From NCBI GenBank assembly GCA_965221955.1, contig CBDCTA010000029.1:512001-576000 (forward strand): a stretch of 64,000 bases of DNA. The letters run 5' to 3'. How positions within the stretch are numbered: the first letter of the stretch is position 1; each line of letters opens with the position of its first letter. The notes below the pieces were generated by a model. That model was not told the DNA's origin. It saw only the letters and a program-made list of their open reading frames with translations, and did not search any database. The position numbers and the translations under genes were made by a program. Source of the stretch: Gammaproteobacteria bacterium (GTDB lineage Bacteria > Pseudomonadota > Gammaproteobacteria > UBA4575). Shown one piece after another: positions 30,546 through 41,666 of this stretch.

Positions 30546-30775
30546 AAGTCACATCCGCCGATCTTAGAGGAATGAAATAGTAACATGTGACCGACTATTT
30601 GTAGTTTGGTAAGAAATTAAGAAGAGTCGCTTCGCGACGATTAAATTTGTGTGGAATACCCTCACGCAAGAGATCATTTAAAGCTACAGATTTATGCTAT
30701 TCACAGATAGTATGTATTTTTATTTGTGTGCCTAGCGGGACAGCTTGATTTGCGAGTAATACCCACTCGCAAGTG

Positions 30776-30862
30776 TGGTGCCGAGGGAGAGAATCGAACT
30801 CTCACTATGTTTCCATAACCGGATTTTGAATCCGGCGCGTCTACCAGTTCCGCCACCCCGGC
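30776..30862 (-). tRNA. tRNA-Leu(CAA)
   Basis: 87 nt, GCCGGGG/CCTCGGC acceptor, CCGGA-TTCAAAA-TCCGG, long variable arm, CCA. Confidence 0.96.
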
Positions 30863-30949
30863 AAAGTCTGTGCGAAATCGATGTCTAGTGTAGCGCAAAT
30901 TGCTAAGCTAGCAACAACCTGCCAATAAAAATAAAACAATACTAAATAC

Positions 30950-33111
<2,162 letters not shown>

Positions 33112-33144
33112 TACGCCGCTTCTTATTGAGTCAGTATAAGTAAT

Positions 33145-33471
33145 ATGTTTTTGATATCAGATGCAATGGCTGAAGGCGGATCAGGGCCTGCAGGTGGTGG
33201 AATTGAATTATTTGTCATGATCGGCATTTTCTTTGCCATTATGTATTTCATGATTATTCGTCCACAATCTAAGCGCCAAAAAGAACACCAAAAGCTTATT
33301 GGCTCACTTTCGAAAGGAGACGAAGTGGAAACAACAGGCGGTATGTTAGGGAAAATTACCAAAGTGGGAGACAATTCCCTGCAAATTGAAATCTCAGAAG
33401 GTGTAACAATCAAGTTACAAAAAAATTCAATCTCGAAAGTGTTGCCAAAAGGTTCGCTCAAACAAGATTGA
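33145..33471 (+). CDS. yajC: Preprotein translocase subunit YajC
   Basis: YFMIIRPQ.KR.KEH, GDEV.T.GG; between tgt and secD. Confidence 0.96.
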   Translation: MFLISDAMAEGGSGPAGGGIELFVMIGIFFAIMYFMIIRPQSKRQKEHQKLIGSLSKGDEVETTGGMLGKITKVGDNSLQIEISEGVTIKLQKNSISKVLPKGSLKQD

Positions 33472-33522
33472 ATATTTCATCACACAAGTAATTAATCATT
33501 TAGTAAGACAAAGTAAATAATT

Positions 33523-35391
33523 ATGGTTCCAATGAATCATTATCCGCTGTGGAAGTATCTGCTTATCATTATTATTGTAGCGGTAGCAGCTTTGTATGCC
33601 TTACCCAATTTGTATCCAAATGTCCCCGCAGTTCAAATTTCTCATGAGTCGGGAGAGCTAGCAGATACAACACTAGATGCCGTAAAAGAAGCACTCGCAA
33701 AAGATAACATTCAAATTCAAGGTGAAGACCAACAAGATGATCGTATTTTGTTGCGTTTTGAAAACACTGAACAACAACTTCAAGCTTCAGAGGCGATAAA
33801 AGATGCTTTGGATGGACAGCATGTCGTGGCATTAAATTTGGCGCCTGCCACACCAGCTTGGTTGAGGGCTTTAGGTGCTACCCCCATGAATCTTGGTTTA
33901 GATCTTCGTGGTGGCGTGCATTTTCTTTTGCAAGTCGACATGAAAGCCGCAAAAGAAAAAGCGATAAATAACTATGTTTCCTCATTCCGTACTACTTTGC
34001 GTGAAGCAGAACTGAGACGTTTTTCAGTATCGCAGAATAAAGGCGAGCTTACAGTTAAGTTTAGAGATATTGAAAGTAGGGATGCAGGCTTAAAAGCATT
34101 GCAAAAAGAATATACAGATGAGTTAGTGTTTGATGAAAGTGATCAAGGTGGAGACTATTTTGTCACAGCGAAAGTCAGTGAAGATGCATTAAGAGAATTA
34201 CAACGCTTAGCCATACAACAAAACATTCAAACCTTGCGTAATCGTGTGAATGAATTGGGTGTAGCGGAACCGGTTATTCAACAACAAGGTGCCGAGCGGA
34301 TAGTTGTGCAGTTGCCAGGTGTGCAAGATACTGCTCAAGCAAAAGAAATTTTAGGTGCTACGGCTACTATCGAATTTCGTTTAGTAGATGAGCAAAATGA
34401 TCCATTTGCTGCGGCTGAAACCGGTCGGGTTCCTGTAGGCTCAGTACTTTATTACGAGCGTGACAATAAAAACCCAATCCTCTTAAAACGCGAAGTCATG
34501 CTAACTGGTGATTCAATAATTGATGCCGTTTCTGGGTTTGATGAAACAGGAAGGCCTGCAGCCATTATCACTTTGGATGGCAAAGGAGCAAGTCGCTTTG
34601 CTGATGTTACAGGTGAAAACATCAAGAAGTTGATGGCGGTCGTGTTTATTGATAATAAAGTAGTTACTGTTGAAAAAGATGGTGAAAAAGTAAGAAAAAC
34701 CATTAAGACAGAAGAAGTAATTAATGTTGCCCGAATTCAAGAGCAGCTGAGTAAGCGTTTTCAAATTGAAGGTTTAGATTCAACCCATGAAGCATTAAAG
34801 CTTTCCTTGCTTTTGCGGGCAGGCGCGCTTGCGGCTCCAGTAGAAATAGTTGAAGAGCGAACAGTAGGTCCGAGTTTAGGTAAGCAGAATATTGAACTCG
34901 GTAAAAAATCAATTTTAATTGGTTTAGCTTTAGTGATGATTTTTATGCTGTTCTACTACCGCATGTTCGGGATTGCAGCAAACCTCGCGCTAGCCGCAAA
35001 TCTAGTTTTGATTATTGGCATTATGTCGTTAATACCCGGTGCAACGTTAACGCTTCCTGGTATTGCAGGGATTGTCCTCACGGTAGGTATGGCAGTGGAT
35101 GCCAACGTACTGATCTTTGAGCGTATACGCGAAGAGTTAAAAAATGGTAATTCCCCACAAGCGAGTATTCATGCCGGTTATGCTAAAGCACTTTCAACGA
35201 TTGCAGACGCGAACATTACCACCTTGATTGCTGCTGTGGTGTTATTTGTTTTTGGTACCGGACCAATCAAAGGTTTTGCGGTAACGCTATCAATTGGAAT
35301 TGTGTGTTCCATGTTCACTGCGATCATGGGAACACGCGCATTGGTAAATTGGTATTACGGTAGTAAAAAAACTCCATCATTGGCGATCTAA
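33523..35391 (+). CDS. secD: Protein translocase subunit SecD
   Basis: LGLDLRGG, RVNELGVAEP, VGPSLG, GMAVDANVLIFERI. Confidence 0.98.
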   Translation: MVPMNHYPLWKYLLIIIIVAVAALYALPNLYPNVPAVQISHESGELADTTLDAVKEALAKDNIQIQGEDQQDDRILLRFENTEQQLQASEAIKDALDGQHVVALNLAPATPAWLRALGATPMNLGLDLRGGVHFLLQVDMKAAKEKAINNYVSSFRTTLREAELRRFSVSQNKGELTVKFRDIESRDAGLKALQKEYTDELVFDESDQGGDYFVTAKVSEDALRELQRLAIQQNIQTLRNRVNELGVAEPVIQQQGAERIVVQLPGVQDTAQAKEILGATATIEFRLVDEQNDPFAAAETGRVPVGSVLYYERDNKNPILLKREVMLTGDSIIDAVSGFDETGRPAAIITLDGKGASRFADVTGENIKKLMAVVFIDNKVVTVEKDGEKVRKTIKTEEVINVARIQEQLSKRFQIEGLDSTHEALKLSLLLRAGALAAPVEIVEERTVGPSLGKQNIELGKKSILIGLALVMIFMLFYYRMFGIAANLALAANLVLIIGIMSLIPGATLTLPGIAGIVLTVGMAVDANVLIFERIREELKNGNSPQASIHAGYAKALSTIADANITTLIAAVVLFVFGTGPIKGFAVTLSIGIVCSMFTAIMGTRALVNWYYGSKKTPSLAI

Positions 35392-35407
35392 GTGAATTAA
35401 GAAATCT

Positions 35408-36346
35408 ATGCAACTTTTAAAGGACAACTTAAATATTGACTTCATGGGCAAGCGAAAGCTGGCCTTGGTTTTGTCTCTAATTTTAATTGTTGTTTCAATT
35501 ACTGCGATAGCAATGCGCGGGTTGAACTTAGGCATTGATTTTACTGGTGGAACACTGGTGGAAGTAGGTTATAAAGACTCTGTTGAGCTTGAGCCGGTTA
35601 GAAAAGCGTTAGCTAGCAGTGGTTTTGATGATGTGATCGTGCAACATTTTGGTACCGCTAAAGATGTACTAATTCGTTTGCCGGTTGCTGAAAAGGATGA
35701 AGACAAATCGGCTTTGAGTAATCGAGTGTTGGATGCTTTAGCGACTACCGGTTCGCCCGAGATGCGCCGTGTAGAATTTGTAGGACCGCAAGTGGGTGAT
35801 GAATTGCGGGATAAGGGTGGTTTAGCAATGTTATATGCATTAATAGGCATTCTTATTTACGTTGCATTGCGATTTGAGTGGCGTTTCTCACTAGGATCTG
35901 TGGCAGCCTTGGTCCATGATGTCATTTTAGTAGTTGGTTTCTTTGCGCTTACTCAAGTTGAATTTGATTTAACCGTGCTAGCAGCGTTATTAGCTGTAAT
36001 TGGTTATTCATTGAATGACACGATTGTGGTGTTTGATCGTATCCGTGAAAACTTTCGGCGTTTACGTAAAGCAACGTCTGAAGGTGTAATCAATACTTCT
36101 ATTAATCAGACTCTGTCCCGTACTTTGATGACATCGGTGACTACATTGTTAGTGCTTATCGCGCTATTTTTGTTTGGTGGCGAAGTCATTCATGCATTTT
36201 CCATTGCATTAATTGTAGGTGTAATTGTAGGTACCTATTCTTCTATTTATGTTGCAAGCTCATCACTGCTTGTATTAAATGTAAGTAAAGAAGATTTAAT
36301 GCAGCCGGAGGTGGAGAATGCCAACGAAGACGGCAGCCAGGTATAA
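35408..36346 (+). CDS. secF: Protein translocase subunit SecF
   Basis: GIDFTGG, VGPQVG.EL, GYSLNDTIVVFDRIREN. Confidence 0.98.
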   Translation: MQLLKDNLNIDFMGKRKLALVLSLILIVVSITAIAMRGLNLGIDFTGGTLVEVGYKDSVELEPVRKALASSGFDDVIVQHFGTAKDVLIRLPVAEKDEDKSALSNRVLDALATTGSPEMRRVEFVGPQVGDELRDKGGLAMLYALIGILIYVALRFEWRFSLGSVAALVHDVILVVGFFALTQVEFDLTVLAALLAVIGYSLNDTIVVFDRIRENFRRLRKATSEGVINTSINQTLSRTLMTSVTTLLVLIALFLFGGEVIHAFSIALIVGVIVGTYSSIYVASSSLLVLNVSKEDLMQPEVENANEDGSQV

Positions 36347-36347
36347 C

Positions 36348-36473
36348 AAAGAAGTCCTGATTTAAATTGATACTTCGTTAAAAATTATTCTCAATATCGT
36401 TCGTGTATGTATTAATACACGTCACTCATTTCGAAAATTTTTGTCTCGTCTCAAACTAAATCAAAACTTCTTT
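36348..36473 (+). repeat. Palindromic TIR element, copy A (fills secF/suhB gap)
   Basis: Ends AAAGAAGTCCTGATTTA / TAAATCAAAACTTCTTT (15/17 complementary); central GTGTAT..ATACAC hairpin; core 36376-36454 closely matches 40965-41041. Confidence 0.85.
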
Positions 36474-37260
36474 AGGTTTTGTTATTTAAGGTTTGTAAAA
36501 TCAAACGAAACAATTTCGTATTTGCTGCCACTATATTTCCTGTTTCTAGGTGTGAATGACCGCCTTGCGTGTCCCCCACTAATCCACCCGCTTCTTGCAC
36601 AATTAAACAGCCTGCCGCAACGTCCCAAGTGTTAAGGCCGTATTCCCAAAATCCATCAACACGTCCTGCAGCCACATAAGCAAGATCAAGTGCTGCGGAC
36701 CCGGCACGGCGTATTCCTGAAGTGTGCAACATCAATTCTTTGAGTGATGCTAAGTAACGGTCAATATTTTGATTTTCTCGAAATGGAAATCCAGTGGCGA
36801 GTAATGCGCCCTCAAAACTCGTTAATTTTGAAACTCTGATTTTACGATCATTTAATGAAGCGCCGTTACCGCGCCCTGCACAAAATAATTCATCTTTGAA
36901 GGGGTCATAAATTACTGCAACTTCTAGTCGATCTTTATGTTTCAGAGCAATTGAAACAGAATAGTGTGGAAAACCACGTAAAAAATTAGTTGTGCCATCA
37001 AGTGGGTCGATAATCCATTGGAATTCATCATTATTGCCACTGCAACGATTACCACTTTCCTCGGCGAGAATGCTGTGTTGTGGGTATGCGCGGTGAATAA
37101 CATTAATAATTTCTTGTTCCGCTTTGAAATCGACTTCGCTGACAAAGTCATTTTTTTCTTTCGTTTGAATAGATAAAGAATGCACGCGTGACATATTGCG
37201 GAAAATAATTTTTCCCGCTTCACGAGCGGCTTCAATTGCAATGTTCAGAGTAGCTTGCAT
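36472..37260 (-). CDS. suhB: Inositol monophosphatase / Nus factor SuhB
   Basis: WIIDPLDGTTNF, RR.GSAALDLAYVA.GR.DG, WDVAAG; start placed at MQATLNIA (37260), the usual SuhB N-terminus. Confidence 0.95.
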   Translation of the reverse strand: MQATLNIAIEAAREAGKIIFRNMSRVHSLSIQTKEKNDFVSEVDFKAEQEIINVIHRAYPQHSILAEESGNRCSGNNDEFQWIIDPLDGTTNFLRGFPHYSVSIALKHKDRLEVAVIYDPFKDELFCAGRGNGASLNDRKIRVSKLTSFEGALLATGFPFRENQNIDRYLASLKELMLHTSGIRRAGSAALDLAYVAAGRVDGFWEYGLNTWDVAAGCLIVQEAGGLVGDTQGGHSHLETGNIVAANTKLFRLILQTLNNKT

Positions 37261-37298
37261 ATAAACAGATATTATGAAATTGATCGCGCAGCATAGCA

Positions 37299-37315
37299 TT
37301 GGCAAGTAAATTGCG
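37299..37315 (+). promoter_or_regulatory. Putative sigma-54 (-24/-12) promoter
   Basis: TTGGCAAGTAAATTGCG: GG-N10-GC with TGGCA and TTGC; predicted +1 near 37326. Confidence 0.5.
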
Positions 37316-37322
37316 TATACAC

Positions 37323-37420
37323 TTATGTACATGGAAGTACTGTATGCCGGTTTTGCACGACTGCATGGATGCAGGAGATAGAACGAAGCAGGATGCTAGA
37401 GTCGAGGAGCAAAAACCGGC
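37323..37420 (+). repeat. Nested GGA-hairpin cassette (copy F); candidate Csr/Rsm-type small RNA or leader
   Basis: Outer 49-bp unit 43/49 identical to reverse complement of 47943-47991; 48-bp inner unit inserted in its CAGGAG loop; five GGA motifs. Confidence 0.75.
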
Positions 37421-37468
37421 GTTTTAAAAAAAGTATCTCTTCTAGCTAATTAGTAGCTACCCATAGTC

Positions 37469-38215
37469 GTGAATAAACCATATAAAATTAAAATCGTCTT
37501 GGTCGAACCATCACACCCTGGAAATATTGGGGCAGCTGCACGTGCAGCTAAGACAATGTGCATTGAAAATTTGGTGTTAGTGAAGCCAGCAGAATTTCCT
37601 AGTGGCCAAGCGCGAGCGAGAGCAACAGGTGCTTTAGATGTGCTAGAGCGTGCTGAGATATGTGATACGTTAAGTGCAGCAATTGCAGATTGCACTTTTG
37701 TGGTAGGTGCGAGTGCACGTGTTCGTGGATTACAATGTCCTGACATTGCTCCTGATGCATTGGGTGATAAAGTATGGAAAGAAGTAGAGCAGGGGAATGT
37801 AGCAATTGTGTTTGGACGAGAGAGCAGTGGGTTATCAAATGAAGAATTAGATCAATGTCATTTCTTAACAACGATACCTGCAAACTGGGAGTTTAGTTCG
37901 CTCAATATTGCATCCGCTGTGCAAGTGATTTGTTATGAAATCTATAAGGCCTATCTAAATAAAAGTAATACTAAAAATGTTTCCGATATATCTGGTGATA
38001 CGGATGAATTAGCAACCGCTGAAGAAGTTGAACACCTATTGGTACACATGCAGCAAGTATTGCAAGAGATCGAGTTTTTTGATCCTAAACAACCTAAATT
38101 GTTAATGCGCCGCTTACGACAACTTTACTGTCGTGCACGATTGTCGCGTGTAGAAACAAATATCTTGCGCGGCATTCTCAGTGCAACTCAAAAATACAAG
38201 CGTAATGCAGACTAA
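37469..38215 (+). CDS. trmJ: tRNA (C32/U32-2'-O)-methyltransferase TrmJ
   Basis: SHPGNIGAAARA.KTM, FGRE.SGL.NEEL, SSLN; suhB/trmJ/iscR synteny. Confidence 0.93.
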   Translation: MNKPYKIKIVLVEPSHPGNIGAAARAAKTMCIENLVLVKPAEFPSGQARARATGALDVLERAEICDTLSAAIADCTFVVGASARVRGLQCPDIAPDALGDKVWKEVEQGNVAIVFGRESSGLSNEELDQCHFLTTIPANWEFSSLNIASAVQVICYEIYKAYLNKSNTKNVSDISGDTDELATAEEVEHLLVHMQQVLQEIEFFDPKQPKLLMRRLRQLYCRARLSRVETNILRGILSATQKYKRNAD

Positions 38216-38301
38216 TTTCCATATTTTTATAAAGGTTATCAATCCTGGTTTTTAAGCTCCCTACCCATGGGGATAGTGAAGCGAACAAACCGCCTATCTA
38301 T

Positions 38302-38328
38302 AATACCTGAGTAACTTACTGGGTTATT
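38302..38328. promoter_or_regulatory. IscR type-1 operator
   Basis: Imperfect palindrome AATACCTGAGTAACTTACTGGGTTATT directly upstream of iscR. Confidence 0.75.
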
Positions 38329-38380
38329 TGTTATACTTACAGTCTCGTAACTGAGCGGATTTTGATAAAGGCGGTACTGT

Positions 38381-38851
38381 ATGAAACTGAGCACAAAAGG
38401 GCGTTATGCTGTGACAGCGATGTTTGATATTGCATTGCACAATCAAACGGGTCCGGTTTCCTTGTCAGATATAGCTGATCGACAAGGTATTTCATTGTCG
38501 TATTTAGAGCAATTGTTTACACGTTTACGACAGCAAGGACTGGTGAAAAGTACACGAGGACCTGGTGGCGGCTATTCACTTGCCATCGATTCTGAACAAA
38601 TTGCGATTTCAGATGTAATTGATGCCGTTGATGAAAACGTCGATGCGACACGTTGCGGTGGTAAAGCCGATTGTCAAAACCATCAACGTTGTTTAACTCA
38701 TGATTTATGGGAAAACTTGAGTGGTGAAATCAGAAGCTATCTCTCAAACATTAGTCTAGCTCAAGCAGTGAGCGATTTAAGTGTTCGTAAAGTAGCGAGT
38801 CGTCAGGATCTGAGTAATAACCAACAAGTTCATCCTGTTGAGTTTAGTTAA
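38381..38851 (+). CDS. iscR: Fe-S cluster assembly regulator IscR
   Basis: [31 protein letters not shown]-x5-C-x5-C.THDLW. Confidence 0.97.
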   Translation: MKLSTKGRYAVTAMFDIALHNQTGPVSLSDIADRQGISLSYLEQLFTRLRQQGLVKSTRGPGGGYSLAIDSEQIAISDVIDAVDENVDATRCGGKADCQNHQRCLTHDLWENLSGEIRSYLSNISLAQAVSDLSVRKVASRQDLSNNQQVHPVEFS

Positions 38852-38890
38852 GGCGAGTTTAGTTAAAAAATTTATTGAAGGTAAAGCAAA

Positions 38891-40115
38891 GTGACAGATG
38901 TAAAACTACCCATCTATTTAGATTACAGTGCGACTACGCCAGTTGATGAGCGAGTGGCACAAGCGATGATGGATTGTTTAACCAAAGAAGGTAACTTCGG
39001 TAACCCCGCATCACGCAGTCATAGCTTTGGTTGGGATGCAGACAAGGCCGTTGAAGAAGCGCGAGCTAATGTTGCGGCACTCATTAATGCTAATCCTAAA
39101 GAAATTATTTGGACCAGTGGTGCAACAGAGTCTGATAATTTAGCCATTAAAGGTGCGGCGCATTTTTATCAAAAAAATGGTAAGCATTTAATCACCTGCA
39201 AAACCGAACATAAGGCAGTTTTAGATACTTGTCGTCAGCTTGAGCGAGAAGGATTTGAGGTTACCTATTTAGAGCCGCGTAATAATGGTTTGATTGATTT
39301 AGAAGATTTAAAAGCTGCAATTCGTGATGACACCATTTTGATTTCGATTATGCATGTGAATAATGAAATCGGAGTGATTCAGGATATTAAAGGCATTGGT
39401 GAAATCACACGCGAACGCAAAATTATTTTTCATGTGGATGCGGCGCAAAGTCCCTGGGAAAGTACCAGTTGATGTGGAAGAAATGAATGTAGATTTAATG
39501 AGCCTATCTGCACATAAAGTATATGGCCCTAAAGGTATTGGAGCTTTATATGTTCGCAGAAAACCACGTGTACGTATTGAAGCGCAGATTCATGGTGGTG
39601 GCCATGAGCGTGGTATGCGTTCTGGTACGTTGGCTACACATCAAATTGTAGGCATGGGCGAAGCATTTCGGATCGCTAAAGAAGAAATGGCTGCAGATAA
39701 CGAACGAATTTTAATGTTGCGCAATCGTTTATTAAATGGCCTTAAAGATATGGAAGAAATCTATATTAATGGTGACCTTGAACAGCGTATTCCGGGTAAC
39801 CTAAATGTTAGTTTTAACTTCGTCGAAGGTGAAAGTTTAATTATGGCGCTGAAAGATATTGCAGTGTCTTCCGGGTCTGCATGTACAAGTGCATCACTTG
39901 AGCCAAGTTATGTATTGCGCGCATTAGGACGAGATGACGAACTTGCACATAGCTCAATTCGCTTCACTATTGGTCGTTTTACAACGGTCGAAGAAGTGGA
40001 TTATGCGATTGAGTTAATTAGAAAAGCGGTGATTAAATTGCGCGATCTTTCACCTCTGTGGGATATGTATAAAGAAGGGATCGATCTTAAATCGATCGAG
40101 TGGGCCGCGCATTAA
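38891..40115 (+). pseudogene. iscS: Cysteine desulfurase IscS split by a +1 frameshift (probably a sequencing error)
   Basis: YLDYSATTP...HVDAAQSP in one frame, [24 protein letters not shown] in the next; removing one C at 39452-39454 gives a 407-aa ORF. Confidence 0.93.
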
Positions 40116-40170
40116 TTATTTTGATTTTTGATTAGGAATAATAAGTAGGAAATATTAGGAGACGATAACC

Positions 40171-40590
40171 ATGGCATATAGTGACAAAGTACTAGATCAC
40201 TACGAAAATCCACGCAACGTAGGATCTTTTGAAAAAGATGATCCCAATGTGGGCACCGGTATGGTAGGTGCACCTGCATGTGGTGATGTGATGAAATTAC
40301 AAATTAAAGTAGGTAATGACGGCATAATTGAAGACGCTAAATTTAAAACCTACGGTTGTGGCTCTGCGATTGCTTCATCTAGCTTACTTACCGAATGGGT
40401 AAAAGGTAAAACGCTAGAACAAGCGAGTGAAATTAAAAATACCGATATCGCTGAAGAACTAGCACTTCCACCAGTTAAAATTCATTGTTCAGTTTTAGCA
40501 GAAGATGCAATCAAAGCTGCTATTACTGATCTTAAATCTAAAGCTGATGGCTCAGCAGAAGATAATCAACAACAGAAGAAAATTGCTTAA
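40171..40590 (+). CDS. iscU: Fe-S scaffold IscU
   Basis: YSDKVLDHYENPRNVG, GAPACGD, GCGSA, LPPVKIHCS. Confidence 0.98.
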   Translation: MAYSDKVLDHYENPRNVGSFEKDDPNVGTGMVGAPACGDVMKLQIKVGNDGIIEDAKFKTYGCGSAIASSSLLTEWVKGKTLEQASEIKNTDIAEELALPPVKIHCSVLAEDAIKAAITDLKSKADGSAEDNQQQKKIA

Positions 40591-40599
40591 TCATTAGTT

Positions 40600-40923
40600 A
40601 TGTCTATCTCGCTAACTGAAAGTGCAGCTACACACGTAAAAAGTTATCTTGAAAAAAGAGGTAAAGGTGTTGGTGTGCGGTTAGGAGTGAAAACCACGGG
40701 CTGTTCTGGTATGGCATACACCATAGAATTTGCAGACCAAATTGAAGATGAAGATCAAGTTTTTGAAGACAAAGGCGTTAAGGTTATCGTTGACCCTAAA
40801 AGCATGGTCTATCTTGGCGGCACAGAACTCGATTTTACTCGTGAAGGATTGAATGAGGGCTTTAAGTTTACAAATCCAAACGAGAAAGAGAGATGCGGGT
40901 GTGGAGAAAGCTTCAGTGTGTGA
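40600..40923 (+). CDS. iscA: Fe-S assembly protein IscA
   Basis: GCSG.AY, NPN....CGCGESF. Confidence 0.97.
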   Translation: MSISLTESAATHVKSYLEKRGKGVGVRLGVKTTGCSGMAYTIEFADQIEDEDQVFEDKGVKVIVDPKSMVYLGGTELDFTREGLNEGFKFTNPNEKERCGCGESFSV

Positions 40924-41071
40924 GGAAACTTTGAATTATTCTGCCTTAGTTTAATTGTTATGGTCGTTAAAAAATAATCACAAATCGTTCATGTATATTT
41001 AATACACATCACTCATTTCGATATTTTTTGCCTCGTCTCAACCGCTTCACTAATAAATCAAAGTTCCTTCA
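40921..41071 (+). repeat. Palindromic TIR element, copy B (iscA/hscB)
   Basis: Ends TGAGGAAACTTTGAATTATT / AATAAATCAAAGTTCCTTCA; core matches copy A; left end includes the iscA TGA. Confidence 0.85.
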
Positions 41072-41123
41072 GCAAAACTAAATTTTTTAGATAAGTTAGA
41101 AACTTCTTTAAGACCCTAAATAA

Positions 41124-41666
41124 ATGAATATTGATCTTACTCGAAGCTATTTCGAGCTATTCGGTTTTGATGAAGATTATTCAATTGATCAAGAACAGTT
41201 AGCAGAGAAATATCGAGCCTTGCAAAGCGAATTGCATCCTGATCGCTTTGCAAACGCAAGCGATCAAGAGCGTCGTGTTTCGGTACAAAATACAGCATAT
41301 GTAAACGAGGCTTATGCAACATTAAAAAGTGATTTAAAACGTGCGCATTATTTACTGCAATTGAGTGATATTGAATTCAACGCGGATGCTGAAACATCAA
41401 GTGATGCAGAATTTTTAATGCAAACAATGGAATTGCATGAAAAAGTAGATGAAGCAAGTAGTGCAGAACAACCATTACAGGTGCTCGATAAATTGTCTAT
41501 ACAGTTGAAGCAAGATCAACAAAATCTTATAGAGCAATTTGCTAGTCAATTTAAGGTGGATGATATGCCTGCTGCAAAAGATACTGCTCTTAAACTACAG
41601 TTCTATGAACGCTTGACTAATCAAGTGCGTAAGCTACAAGAAAAAATAGAAGAAGAGTTGTTGTAA
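41124..41666 (+). CDS. hscB: Co-chaperone HscB
   Basis: YFELFG, HPD J-domain, N.AY.TL, FLM..MEL. Confidence 0.96.
   Translation: MNIDLTRSYFELFGFDEDYSIDQEQLAEKYRALQSELHPDRFANASDQERRVSVQNTAYVNEAYATLKSDLKRAHYLLQLSDIEFNADAETSSDAEFLMQTMELHEKVDEASSAEQPLQVLDKLSIQLKQDQQNLIEQFASQFKVDDMPAAKDTALKLQFYERLTNQVRKLQEKIEEELL

Noticed and set aside
30701-30898. 65-aa minus-strand ORF
   Set aside because: It is a translation of the tRNA-Leu gene
37261-37332. 24-aa N-terminal extension of suhB in the ORF track
   Set aside because: SuhB homology starts at MQATLNIA (37260); the upstream ATG lies inside the GGA cassette
38216-38380. Missing cysE between trmJ and iscR; ACCGCCT/AGGCGGT pairing around the IscR operator
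   Set aside because: cysE presence at this site is variable, and the left arm probably lies upstream of the iscR promoter, so a regulatory role is unsupported
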